32,845 bases of DNA from Catajapyx aquilonaris (lineage: Eukaryota), in assembly GCA_000934665.2 (NCBI GenBank), contig JYFJ02004343.1, positions 1 to 32,845 of the forward strand, in the 5' to 3' direction. A program made the position numbers and the translations under genes. The notes under the pieces are model-generated. The model ran no database searches. It was given only the letters and a program-made list of their open reading frames with translations, and was not told the origin of the DNA. Positions 1-11,941 of this stretch are shown here, one piece after another (within the stretch, counting starts at the first letter, position 1; every line of letters begins with the position of its first letter).

Positions 1-334
1 TTGGGCTCTAAATGGTGCTGTTACCTAAATATCATCAAGATAGGAGACCTTGTGTGGATGATCCACTCTATTAGATGAAATTGTTTTTGTCTTATCTCCA
101 TGCTGTTAGGATGGATGGAAAAGGGGGAGGGGGGGGAGATATTTGTATAGGTGGAATGCTGCGTAATTACCTTGGCGCAGTTTATAACGAGGGAAATTGG
201 AATAGTTTGAGGGAGGGGAAATTGTAGGCTGAGCAAATTAGCATGGGTTTGCTTTGATGAAAATGAGGGGAAAATGTGACGGAGAAGCATCAAGCACACG
301 GAGCGAATATTATCGAGATGAGTCGACCACAAGT
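1..334 (-). mobile_element. Degenerate non-LTR retrotransposon (L1/Tx1-like) ORF2 3' fragment
   Basis: The minus frame reads ...HLDNIRSVCLMLLRHIFP...LLSLQFPLPQTIPISLVINCAKVIT..., loosely like the post-zinc-finger 'L..AK..I' region of L1/Tx1 ORF2. No RT motif is present. Weak recognition only. Confidence 0.25.
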
Positions 335-454
335 AAAAAAAAAAAAAAAAAAAATTGGTGATGCTTACTTTTCAAGATGGGGGAAATCCATTTTTAGGAT
401 ATATCTTTGCAATCCCGGGCAGTTCGCGAGCGTGGAAAAAAAAAAACTCTCGGG

Positions 455-1058
455 AAAATAATGGGATATCTGACACTTGTATTTGGGATCATGTTGACAC
501 TGCATATCGACCCATTTCAGAGTTGGATCATGCGGTGACAGAGTGGATTCGTTTGCATGTACTGAATTAAATATTGACAATCGACGCTGCATATTATAAT
601 AAATATAATTGAGCCTTCGTCATCAATTATAAATGTACTTGTTGATATTGTGGTTATATGCGCAGAGAATTTTCTGGAGGAAAACATACCTTGAAACGTA
701 CAGTGTCTGATTTTTTTTCTTCTTCTGAAGAATAGGCTTTGTGTACTACTGCGTCGTGATGATATCATTATTTTGGAAGAAGCGTCGTGTAATGGAAGAC
801 TCGCGTGGATATACGGATAGAACGCCTAATGGGGGTGCCAGCTATATGGTGTCTTTCTGAGAAGGAAGATGTATCGATTTTCATACTTTTAGTGTTATGA
901 TTACATTCACGACAGGTCTTCATGTTTTAGGAAAGAGAGATTTCTCTTTTAAAGAGGAATATTCCGTTTCAGAGAGAAGAAAAAATTTATTGGAAAAATG
1001 GGAAACATTGGTTGCGAGCATAGCATATACATATACTGAAGCTGAAGGTGTGATGTAA
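455..1058 (+). mobile_element. Degenerate L1/Tx1-like LINE 3' fragment
   Basis: Broken plus frames give CIWDHV...EWIRLHVLN*ILT (compare the Tx1 'WRxLHxxL.T' motif) and end EYSVSERRKNLLEKWETL (compare the terminal 'F..KW' of L1/Tx1 ORF2). There are many stops. Confidence 0.3.
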
Positions 1059-2395
1059 TAATATGTATTATATTTATTTATCAGTTAGAGATTTTTGTCA
1101 CGGAGTGTTCAGGGGTTCTCAGTTCGCAGTTAATATTAGGTTGAATTGAAGCAATCACATTCAGGCTCTGAATTGGAAGTGATTCCGACCTTGAGAAGTT
1201 GGAAATGACCCAATATTATCCGAGGTCCAGTCGCGAAACCATTTTCTCAGGAGAGGCAATGATGCAAAAAGATGAAGTTCGACATAATATTTAAATACTA
1301 TTATGTTTCATCTTTCTTAACTGTTTCTGCTTATTGCCAATACGAAACTTGAATTCGAAATGATGAAGCCGATAATGTTGTTGGGCATATCTTTGATATA
1401 AGTTATTGCCAAAATATGTCACAGGATCAACCTTTTCTTCATCCTTAGCATTATCCGAAGGCTAATCCGTTTAACATGGACAATAAATAAAACTGAGCAG
1501 AAAAAAACCTCCATATTGGTTAGCAATTGATTATTGAACTTTCAATTCGAGACAAGCTTGCATTCTCCGAGCGAAATTGAGGTTACTGATGATATGGATA
1601 GCAGAAGGTACTGTACCTGGTACATTTATGACAATGACATGGCGCAGTAGGTTAAATCGATTATTAGTCTCATTCTTACAACTACATCGTCTGGAAGTAA
1701 GCATATCGGTTTGAATCAACTATCTTTAAGTTGAATGTGAATAGTAATCGGTGCAATGTGAAGAAACAACAGCATTCATCCTTCCAAAATTTCCATCCAG
1801 CTTAACATCGACTCAAGATATGAAAGCACACTATTACAATAAGCATTACTGTAATGGTATTACCTTTTGTGAGATCAATTTGTTTCTATGGGTCCCCCAA
1901 ACAATTGACAAAAATTTACCCAAGTTTGGCGTGAGTAAGTAATGTTCTGGAAATAATAGTTTTTGACATTAATGCCGCTACTGTAAAGTAAAACTGTGCA
2001 AAAAAACAACAACCAGGCTGACCTTCGAAACAAAGTTGGTTTCCACGAAACAGATTGCATGACTCCCAAGGAAAACCTTATTAGTCATACGAGTTGGAGA
2101 CCGATTGCTCCCTATCTTGAGAATTACAGTAGTTATAAAGAATGTGGTCATGTAAGGTTTATTTTGTAAGGTATGATGGGTAGAAATACTGTGTGCTTTT
2201 GTCCATCATGTGTAAAAAAAAGCGTGCTAGCCCTGCAGCAATTTTCCGAGGAAAATGTTAGCAGTTATGAATGCCTGTCAGGAACTGCTGACGGGCCCCA
2301 CGATTTGCGTCAGAATTTCATGCTCTAGCTGCGTATGTGTGTATCAGTACATCTGACCAACTTCAGGTTTTATTGAACACCCCTTTTGCATAGTG

Positions 2396-5300
2396 TTATA
2401 ATTTATAGTATGAATATTTTTTAAAAAATTTTGTTGTGTCACTTAGATTTTGTGTTACACATACTGTAGTGTTAAATCTGTGTACAATAAAGCGGGTACA
2501 AGGTCCTCTTTGCATCATTAATATATATGAGTCTAGACCTAGTAGCTGGGGAATTTCAATATGAGATGAAGTGGGAGATTGCATTGTGATTGTGTAGCCT
2601 CCGTTGTATACGGGATGTAACAAAAGTCCATGCTTCTGGCAGCTTGTTGGCAGACGCTGTTTGACGTCCAACCAAGCTGACAAAATCGACATAACTGAAA
2701 GCGGCACATTCCAAAAGCCGCATTCTTCTGGCATCCCATCGCATTATCGCGTACACAGAGTTGCAGCTCCTACAACATGGTAACATGCCAGCACCTCCAA
2801 CGTCACAAGTCACTGCACGTGAGAAAACACCTGAAATAGAACCAGGTGACAAATACCTGTCCACCATTCTCTCAATATTCGATGCCAACTTATGAACCTA
2901 CGTCAAGACGTACCCCTGGAGTTCGTCTGCCCCAGTTTTCGAAGATTCTAAATGTTCTCCAAACTATCAATACATATATAAGAATGTGATGAAAATCTAC
3001 ATGGTATGAATGAGTAGATCATTTTAAGAAAAAAAAAAAGATTGTCTACTTGTGTGCCCTTGAAACCCCCCAGAATCTGCAGCATAGACTCGCGCAGAAA
3101 ATCCAGGCTTGGCAACGTGGAAAAGGGGGGGGGGGGGGGGNACTGTATGTACCTTGGAGCTTGCCAAATGATCAATACAGCCTGCAGCACGTGGGTTTCC
3201 GTATGGATTTTGGCCCCCCCTTTGCCCCCCGGTCTCGCAATTCCACATAGGCTTTGCCCGCAAATTATAATCACCCCACACCTAATGGGTTTTGAAATTA
3301 CAGGTACACCCATTTTTTAAAGGGGGAGGGGGCGGTCATACCTGAAAATATGCCTAATTTTTATTAATATAGAGTCGCATCGCTGCAGGTCATGACCCGT
3401 TTGAACATACCGGGGCATATCAGTTTTCGCGGTAGGTCTGCTTTAAAATTTTCCCCCAACTAGTTTCAGGATTTCCCGACAGATGCCTCGAGTTGCCGTT
3501 TTACCACGACTAGACCCGAAAACTAGGCATAGAAATCGATAGGCGCAGTCGGTTGGTGGTTCACTAGTCTCACTGCTATCTGATCTTGCAGATGGATTTA
3601 TCGCATTGGCCCACCCCATGCTCCCAAAAAAATGCATATTTTTTATGTGGGTGGTATGAATCGATCTAACCATTTTTTTATATATATTAGTGCCGAGTAT
3701 TATTGACGTATTGAATATGTCCCCCCTACATTCTGGGTAATATGAGAGTTAGACCAGGAAACAAATGAGGAAGGTTGGCGCCTCACGCGAAGTTTGTTCG
3801 ATGCATTAGAGTGTTACTCACATCGTAGGTTGACTCATGTAAATCTTTGAAATATTGATGGTCGACTCTTTGGGTCTGAACAGTTGGAGGGCATTGTACT
3901 TGCAAGAAGGTTCAGGTTGTGGTTGTCACAGGTCGTCGGTGAAGGCCACTTCGAAATGCGGATTATGAGGTAGGCTGTGCCAGTATGTTCAGACATTTAC
4001 AAGGAGGAAGGTTGTAGAAATATCTATACAAACGTTATTAGTCAGCTATTTTTTAAATTGGGCAGTGGTGGAAATTAATAGATGTCCACAAGTATTGCCG
4101 CCTGACGGAGCTTTTCCTTTACACGAAGGTGCTCCATATAAAGTTTACATGAAAATGCTCCATGTAAAGTTTACATACACCATGTAAAGTTTACATGAAA
4201 ATGCTCCATGTAAAGTTTACACGGAACAGCTTCATGTAAAGGAGGCGATACTTGTGGATATCAATTTCCACTACTGTACAAGGTACAGGGAATATCAAAA
4301 TATTTATATTTGACAAATAGCCAATCGAAAAATTCATTTGTGAATTTGTGTATATTTTTAATGTATTATGCAAAACAGGGGTTTTGAAGGCTAAAGTGTC
4401 GTGAAAACCTATTGACGAGCGTGACTATGATTTGTGTGATTATGGTCATCAGACAACTGCCATCATCATCACGGATAGGAAAGGGTGTTTCCAGCACGCC
4501 GTTGTCATTTAGGCCCACAGATGGCAGGCCCGCTCAATATCAGCTCTAGCACTGTACAGAGAGCCCTCTCTTCTCCTCTCGATAGATAACGATCGTTACA
4601 CACAAGTCCTTCTAATGCTCCAACTAATCACTCACTTATTTCCACCCTCCATATTTGAATGAATCCTTTGTTGCAGTTTCTTTACGCCACTTTTGCACAG
4701 GTAAGCACACGCTTTTGACATGAGTTTGATCCACTCTGCTTTGTATGTCCTTCCCTTTAGCTTTGATATTTACCTCAGCTTGAAAAAAAAAGAGTAAAAA
4801 ACAATGGGATTGGAAATGGCATTTTGGAATCCCAAGTGACACGGCTATCGGAACGACAAGAGTTTCCTTTCTGGCAGATTCAGCCGCACCCTGCCTGATT
4901 TTCTTTCTTGTTTCTTCCTCCTTCGAGCTTCATTGGCTTGCCTTTTCTTGTCTACAGAAGGAAAAGAGCGCTCCTTTGGATTATTCACGGAAATCGATTT
5001 GACCATTGGAAGGTTCTCTTCTCTCTTTTTTTCACATCCACTCTTTTCAATTTCCTCTCTAGGAGTGGGCGTTTATTCGGAAGAGTTCAGGCACCGGACG
5101 CATTGCCACAAACTTCAAAAGAAAATCCTAGAAAATATTTTGCTTTGGATATGTTTTGACAGTCTTGTCACATGGAATACCGCACACATGCTCAATAGTC
5201 GCACTGTAGTTACGCCCTTTTTGCACTGGGCCCAGTCCAATAAAAAAATAGTGAACCCTTATGTAAAATGTCCATAGGCACTTAGTGAGCCTGTAAGGTT

Positions 5301-5781
5301 TTGTGTTACAAAAGTGTGTTTTTTTCTCCTTTCAGGTAAGTATGCAGAATCTCATCCAAAGCAGTTGGGCTGCCTCTCTCAGCGTCGTTACTACCGCTGA
5401 GAACGTAGTGCATCCATGGTGAGTCAAGGCTTTTGACTTCTAGATCGGTGTTGTCCTCTAGATAAGCTTTGGAAAAGCTTTTTGAGGCCAAACTCCGTCT
5501 GGCTTAATGGCGATTGATGTCCAAAGGTTTGGGTCTACGAAAAACAGGAACTTCTTCTTTTACCTGCACGATTTCCAAATATTTCTAGAAACAACCTTTT
5601 GTACTGTACCAATGAAATGATAGAGCATGATATCAAAGAATGAATACGGTATTTTCTAGCAAATTGCAACTCTGGAGCCTACGTCGTGAGGCACACCAGT
5701 CAAAAACAGTTGCGGAATTCACCGCAGTTCCTTTGTCAAACTGTCTCATTTTCAGAAAACAGAAAGTTCTAGACAGGCTTA
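2396..5781 (-). pseudogene. Unprocessed multi-exon gene relic of unknown family (about 475 codons, 8 internal stops)
   Basis: Proposed exons on the minus strand: 5781-5648, 5584-5310, 5127-4890, 4778-4636, 4023-3822, 2830-2396. Acceptors are pyrimidine-rich AG (e.g. ttttttttcaag, ttctatttcag, attttctag). Two donors are GTGAGT and three are weaker (GTATTC, GTAACA, GTGCGG). Phases join 0/2/0/2/0 with no frameshift. The peptide includes KYLEIVQVKEEVPVFRRPKP..., ...KAEWIKLMSKACAYLCKSG..., YFYNLPPCKCLN..., CDGMPEECGFWNVPLSVMSILSAWL. Confidence 0.5.
4063..4276. mobile_element. MITE with CAGTGGTGGAAATT/AATTTCCACTACTG termini (hAT-like) and an internal tandem array of palindromic units
   Basis: The left end cagtggtggaaatt..gatgtccacaagtattgcc matches the reverse complement of the right end (cagtagtggaaattgatatccacaagtatcgcc). 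The interior (about 4130-4240) has four copies of catRtaaagtttaca. No clear 8-bp TSD. Confidence 0.75.
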
Positions 5782-5822
5782 CTTGGGTTAAAGAGAATGA
5801 AGCTTGCTCGGTTCCTTATTAT

Positions 5823-6224
5823 TGTAACACCTACACACACCAGATTCCCTGCGGCCTATTAGGTGTGGGGACGTGAAAAAGACAACTTTTCAAAGCTAGT
5901 GTAAACTAACCTAACCTAACCTAACCTAATTTAACCTAACCTAACCTACCTAACCTACTCTACCATACGTAACTTACGCTGAGAAAAATTGACTTTTCTA
6001 AAACCCTGCAACTGGAAATAGTGGGGACTTGTCCCCACTACTGAAAAAGCAAACCCGCAATTTTCTTGTGGGGACCGTAAACGTCCCCGCAAGTGGGGAA
6101 AATGTCCCCACAGATGAGTGACAGTCTCCACAGTTACAGTAAAAACAACTACATCCGGTCCCACAGCTTATTGAAGACAGGTACCATTGTAGACTACCGA
6201 TTGGTGTAACACCTACACACACCA
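5823..6224. mobile_element. Non-autonomous element with (CCTAA)n and GGGGAC/GTCCCC hairpins, bounded by 20-bp direct repeats
   Basis: tgtaacacctacacacacca occurs identically at 5823-5842 and 6205-6224. Internal hairpins include tagtggggac-tt-gtccccacta (6019-6040) and two related ones at about 6066-6111. No TIRs. Confidence 0.6.
5906..5957. repeat. (CCTAA)n / (TTAGG)n pentamer tract
   Basis: ctaacctaacctaacctaacctaatttaacctaacctaacctacctaaccta, read directly. Confidence 0.9.
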
Positions 6225-8247
6225 TTGCAGACCACCTATGGCAACGATATTCCTCAAAATCAATTTCAAAACGTGTGAGGTCATATTCTACTTGCTCGCA
6301 CCACCCTAGAGCGCGCTACAGTCGCGGCGACCTGGGACCTGCGACCCGCGACAGGCTGCTAGGTGTTGTGGCTTCGGAATATCGCATTTAGCTTGTATTT
6401 TGACGTGAAAATTAGCAGCAGAGGTAATGCTTGCACAACACTATAGGTAGGAAATCCAAAAAATTTCAAAATTTAGGAGGGTAAGAAGAGTTAGTTTGGT
6501 TGTGAGTACAGTGCAGTGGGAAAAAGGAGGTTTCCTGAAGCGGCACCTCGTCTTGAATTAGTCCCAAGAGTGGCCGTAAAAGAGCTTGGCTAGAAAAGAG
6601 ACAGTGTATGAAGCAATTGGCGAAAGAGGCCGCCGGGAGAGCCTCTCTTGGCACTAAACGATGCTCTTTTATTTATTGTTGGGAAGAACAAGAACGCTGC
6701 CTCTGAGCCACGTGTCACTGGTTTACTGTGCCTTGATGAATGGGTCGCGTTACTTTCCCCCCCCCCCCCCATCCTGGATTTTGCGGAAATGTTTGGCGGA
6801 GAGGACTATTTCCGCTGACGCGCATCTGCATCACACTTAATGCGAATAATTACACTGCACTGTTACTTAAGAAAGTAATAAACATACAGCAGGAAGCTGA
6901 AACTAATTAATATTATAACAACTAGTCGACATTTGAACTTGAAATGTAATTTGTTTTACATCAGTTTGTCGTATCTATTTGAGTACATTTTGTGCTCATT
7001 TGTGAGTTAGTTTGATCTTTGTGGCTGAAACGTGCCTTTGACATCAACACGAGAAGCGTGCGGTTCTGTGCGGTTGTGTAACTGGTGAGATTGTGCAAAC
7101 TGCTGTCTGTCAGCATGGTAGTGAAAGGTAGAATTTCCGATGTCTGGGTTTTAGCATATATAGGTCATGACTGAGGACTTCAGATAGGGAGGAATGGTTA
7201 CAGAATATAAGAAGTATTAATAATTCAGTGATTGTCTAGTTCACGATGAAACTGATTAGCATTAATACATTCGTTTCTGAAAGGAAAAGTAGTGTATAGA
7301 CAAAGTGACTCGCAAATGTTAAATGGCATAAGTTATACATACAAGTAATAGCATAATAACGTTCAATAATAAAGACGAGAATTTAGTGCTCAGTGTCGTG
7401 CACAGAATCATAAGAGGATTGATCTTTGTTATATTATTGTTGCTGTTCAGAGTGTAGGGCGACAATATTAACGTACATTATAATCAGGGTGATGTTATAG
7501 ATTAAAAGATCACTCGAGAAGGCGTAACAATTTGTACATGCTAAAGAATTTTCAACGGAAGCAATAACAGTGGACTATTTAATATGCAGAACGTTTCCAG
7601 GAATCACGAATATAATATTATAGACACTTTTAATTAGGTATATACTTAGGAAATCTAAATTAATTCGTGGGATGTAACGTTTTTCGCTGGAACTAACATA
7701 GGAAATTGATAAATTAGATATCTTGGAGCAAATTATAATGAATGTTTAAAAGAGTCCTTTATATTCTACAGTCAGAAATTATAAAACCGTCGCAATGGGA
7801 ATACTGTACATAGGCCTAATCTAGAGTATTAGGTATTACGAATCCGTATTTTGCAAACCAGGGCTTATAAAATTGTAACGGTATCGGACAGCTTTTGATC
7901 TTCTCTTGATTTCCGTGACTAAATTACAACCCAAATATTAAGCTATGAAGTGTCTATTAATATGAAAAGGCCCTGGTACAATAAATCAGATTCTCATAGG
8001 GCCTATGTGAATTACTAACGTTCACTATCTTTCTACTACAGATAATAGCTTAATTCTACAACACACGATATATTGCAAGCGCGTAAAAAATAATGAAGTG
8101 TAATATCCTACTTGCATAGAAGATAGTCGAATTTCCAAGTGAAGCAGGGATATTAATTTTCCAGTAAGTATATTTTGGGAGTCTGTGTTTCAATAACAAC
8201 AGTATTAGGTCCAATGGTTATATGAGTAGTAAAATAACTTGTTATAG

Positions 8248-8403
8248 CTGAAGAAGCTAAGACAAGGCTGCAATTATCAAAAATCCGGAAAAAGTCTGTA
8301 TGCTCCAAAGAAACCAAAAAATTTATTGAACTTATCTTAAAACGTCGAGAAAATGTCACAAAAGGTCGGAAAGGGCGAAATCGTTCCCAAAATATTGAAA
8401 CAG
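8248..8403 (+). other. Candidate isolated coding exon (basic, K/R-rich)
   Basis: gttatag| ... |gtattt, 156 bp, symmetric phase 1. The frame is open: EEAKTRLQLSKIRKKSVCSKETKKFIELILKRRENVTKGRKGRNRSQNIET. No partner exon identified. Confidence 0.25.
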
Positions 8404-8526
8404 GTATTTTTAGGCTCCTATATAAATTTTCATTTATTTTGGTCCTGGAATAGGGTTATAGTCTTTGTCTGCAATGTCTCTTTTTTGCTCCAGAGAGTTA
8501 GTCTAACCCAAAAATCAATCATTCTA

Positions 8527-8730
8527 CCGTCACCTCTGCTTGGCCGGGTCTTTTTCCGCTTTTCACCCGACATGCCGGGGCAGAATTGCACTCCCTACTC
8601 TGCCCAGAGCCAGGAGAAAAGGTCTGGTGTATTTCACAAAGTCAGAAATGACTAAAATTACAGCGCCCTCCATTGGGAACCCTTCTCCCTTAAGAGGGAT
8701 CCGACCTATCACAGGGTATATATATTTTTT
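8527..8730 (+). mobile_element. 5'-truncated copy of SINE family A (lacks the tRNA head)
   Basis: Strong match to about 31669-31880, e.g. ccgggtctttttccgcttttcacccgacat.ccggggcagaattgcactccctactctgcccag. Confidence 0.85.
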
Positions 8731-9129
8731 AAAGTACTGAGATCATGGCAGAGCAGGATTTTGTGCAGGAAGTTTTGTTGGCTGAAATTGAAAACAGAAT
8801 AATCGCATCACTACCTTGTGGATTTCAGTACACTGATCATTTCTCTAATCTAAATTATTATCAATCGGGTTCATTCCACTCCTTGGAGTTCAGTGTCTGA
8901 ATCCCTAGATCAGATCAACAATGGCAAAACCTCTAGTCTGGGTAAACTAGACATTTCCTCAGCCAGGAAGTACAAAACCTCTTATGCTCCAGTTTCCTCC
9001 CCCCAAAAACCGACATCTGGAGAAGCCAGGCAATGCAAACTAATCATTTTAATAGGCACCCAAGGGCTTGTCTGCCGAAACTATAAAGCACGGCCTTGTA
9101 GGCGCTGCTTCTTGATTGCCCCGGGTATT

Positions 9130-9385
9130 TGAAGATGCTGTTAGGTTAGGAATATTCCATCCGGGTCGGGAGAAGAGGAGAAAAGCACCGGAAGGCCTGG
9201 AAAGGAAAAGGGTGGAGCTGGATGGAGAATCTGCCATTTTCCAGACTCCAAAAGCTGTTCCAAGGAAAACAAAAGCCTGGTTTTTTGGCAGGGGAGGAAG
9301 GAAAATGGGGGGAGGGGGTCTTATTTTCCAACCCTCTTCCACCTTCTCTTCCAGAAAGCAGTTCGCGAGGGTGTCGTAATCCGGC
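9130..9385 (-). mobile_element. Degenerate L1/Tx1-like ORF2 C-terminal fragment
   Basis: The minus frame YDTLANCFLEEKVEEGWKI...FVFLGTAFGVWK resembles the 'ET..H.F..C..V..FW ... IW' zinc-binding tail of L1/Tx1 ORF2. Confidence 0.3.
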
Positions 9386-9625
9386 CAGTTTTTAATAAGT
9401 GCCAGAACGAGGTCGTACCCTGCTCCTCAAAAAAAAAGATGCTCCTAAGAAGCTGCGCCATGGTACTACCCTCCCCCATTTTTTATGAGACCAAAACTGC
9501 TGTCGATTATACGACGTTCAATTTTGGCAACTTTCTCATTATATGGTGATGAGAGGGATCACCTGTTAAAGTGACCTTCCAAACAGGAACATGCCCCGAA
9601 GGACACTGAAAATCCGTCTCGTTTA

Positions 9626-9904
9626 TTAAAAGCCAAGTCTCCGGTGCTTTGTTTTCCGAGTTGTGACACCTCCCCTATGAAAACACCTTGGGGGTACAGA
9701 TGCTGTCACATCTGCATCCATGAAGCTGGTAATCTTTTCTAGGTTCCAAACATTTTCTCCACCTGCATAAAATGTTCCTCATTTTGTCATACTTCCCTGG
9801 GGATGTGTATCGACAAGAGAAGGGTTCACTTACACGGCTCGTCAAGCTCCAGTTCTCGATGGCAAGATTGATTAAGCATGGCTGTTGTCGGAACACCGCC
9901 GATT
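9626..9904 (-). other. Candidate two-exon fragment with a 71-bp canonical intron
   Basis: ctactttcag|9904-9834|gtaagt ... ttttatgcag|9762-9626. The joined frame is open: IGGVPTTAMLNQSCHRELELDEPCGENVWNLEKITSFMDADVTASVPPRCFHRGGVTTRKTKHRRLGF*. Product not recognised. Confidence 0.25.
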
Positions 9905-10030
9905 CTGAAAGTAGGGTGCGCAATACACCTTAATTTGTATTCCGGAATATTCAGCCAAGATCCACGATTGGATAAACTTATTTTTCAGCCTCCAAAGTGG
10001 CCCGTTTACATGAGGCCGTTACTAGCAATG

Positions 10031-10114
10031 CGCGGCCGCCAATCAGCTCACTGGTGCTCACTGGTGGCCCGCCAGTGAGCATCGAGATCGTCCGCATGCT
10101 GATTGGCGGCCGCG
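10031..10114. repeat. GC-rich nested inverted repeat (probable transposon subterminal/core structure)
   Basis: cgcggccgccaatcagc (10031-10047) and gctgattggcggccgcg (10098-10114) are perfect 17-bp arms. They enclose an inner hairpin tgctcactgg...ccagtgagca. Confidence 0.85.
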
Positions 10115-10839
10115 TAGGCTGGTGTAAAGTTGAAACAAGTGCTATTTTCTCTCAAATTACATTTTTTTTTGACAAATATTTGATTCATGGGATTCAAAAT
10201 GGAGTGTGTCCTCCTTAACGACATGTGTTCAAGGTGAAGGAAAAATTGACGTCACAGTTACGTACTAGGTCTATATATGCGGCCGCCCCCATGTTTGCAT
10301 TGTACTAAAGAAATAAACTTTGCATTTCATCCAGTGAAGGACAGGGTGACTTATTCACGCCTTGATTAAAATCCGTGTTGGTTTTGGAATTTACCCTTGT
10401 GTGATCTCTGTAACACTACCCTAGTAATGTGATCATGCAATTAATTCACCTTCCCGATTGGACCAACACCACCCCCCAGATTTCTCCACCTTTTGCTAGA
10501 ATTTGATTTTTTTAAACCAACAAACCAATCGAAATCTTCCACTCCCGGACACCACCTGGCCTTCAACCATTTCATTCCCACACCTCTGACGTCACCAGAC
10601 CACTTCCATTGGGAAAGGATTCACTCCTACAGCATCCTTCCATTCAGATTTTCACTAGCTGTGTTTGCTTTATGCTCCAGCGTGTCTACATCGGACTTTA
10701 AATCTCTTATCACTCTTAGTATTGTAAAAGCATTATGAAGAACACACTCTACTGGAGCTGGAAACTGCCTCCTTTCAGCATTTTAAAGGCTATAATGCAG
10801 CCTCTTAGTGGATATACTATTGCTCCATTTAAACCGATT

Positions 10840-11045
10840 CAATCATGGTAACGTCTCGGTTTGTTGAGTGAAAGGTCCCAGGTTCGATCCCCGCCTGGGA
10901 GTTCCCTTTCACCTGCGTCGGGAGTGTCTCTGACTCGCACCTTGGAGGTGTCTGGCAACCTGCCTCCTGGGGAACAGCACATGACCCCTTTCCAGACATT
11001 GCACTTGCACCCATATTCCCTCTCCATAAATCCCTATTTACCCTA
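10840..11045 (+). mobile_element. tRNA-derived SINE (family B), degenerate head
   Basis: gaaaggtcccaGGTTCGATCCccgcctggg is a variable loop plus T-arm/B box (10881-10890), followed by a non-tRNA body. The A box is degraded and the boundaries are approximate. Confidence 0.55.
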
Positions 11046-11941
11046 TGTCCTGCACCGGAGTTCGAAGAAAAATGGAAAATAGAAATATGGTGGTATTCCA
11101 CCCCCCAACATTGATACTGGTCTCATGGGGTACAACTTTAAAAAAAGCATCTTCCACCTCATTCGTTATCATCTCCCCAATAAGCAGAATAAATATCTTC
11201 CTCAATACGGTATATGAATGCTATGGGCTGTTTACTGAAAGACTGGAGCGGAAATTTGGGAGTTACCATGTCAATGTAATCCTATAACCAGTTCTGAAAA
11301 GAATTTAAATGAGTTTTCACAGTACTTCCTCTGCGATGTTGTAGTAGAAAGCCCATCTTGGAACGTGGAGCTTGAGAACGTCAGACAGCGATGTGCAAAT
11401 TATTCGGCAGCACAGAACCTACCAGTAGCAAGTTCCTTTCTTCTCAGCAGTGTAACACAGCCATTCCACAACTATACGGTGTATTTGTAAAACAAATTCT
11501 GACTTTCAGGCTTTTTTTTCTTCCTGCAAAAACCTACTCCCCCCCCCCCCCAAAGCGAATAATTTAGGATGTAATTTCAGAGCTTAGGACTTACTAGTAA
11601 TTTAGATGAAAATGCCTAATAATTAATAAATATATTCTTTAGCCAGGCATTTTTTCGAGGAAATCTTTTCTCCCCATGAATAGTCTATAACTCTATATCT
11701 TGGATAAAGAATATGGGCCGAGATATTTCAGCTTCCACAATCCCTTGAAATTATAATATTGTTCCTGCTTGTAAAACAAATATGGCGGCTAAGCAAAGAC
11801 CAAAAACAATAAAATCAAAATGATGGTCGCTTTAAGGGATTATTTTTATTCGTATTCTCGTTTTACGGGGAAGGGGTTAGACGTGAGTAGCCACAACTTT
11901 TATATGGACAGCAGCAGCTATGACATTATTTTGGCTGACAG

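Noticed and set aside
2539..2760. CXC/tesmin-like Cys cluster (SCQKHGLL) typical of some transposon proteins
   Set aside because: It needs several frameshifts to assemble. The phase-consistent exon model explains the region without them.
3125..3141. Poly-G runs with N (also at 30326)
   Set aside because: This is homopolymer sequencing ambiguity, not a biological feature.
5906..5957. True telomere or chromosome-fusion site
   Set aside because: The tract is only about 50 bp, in a single orientation, and embedded in a hairpin-bearing element.
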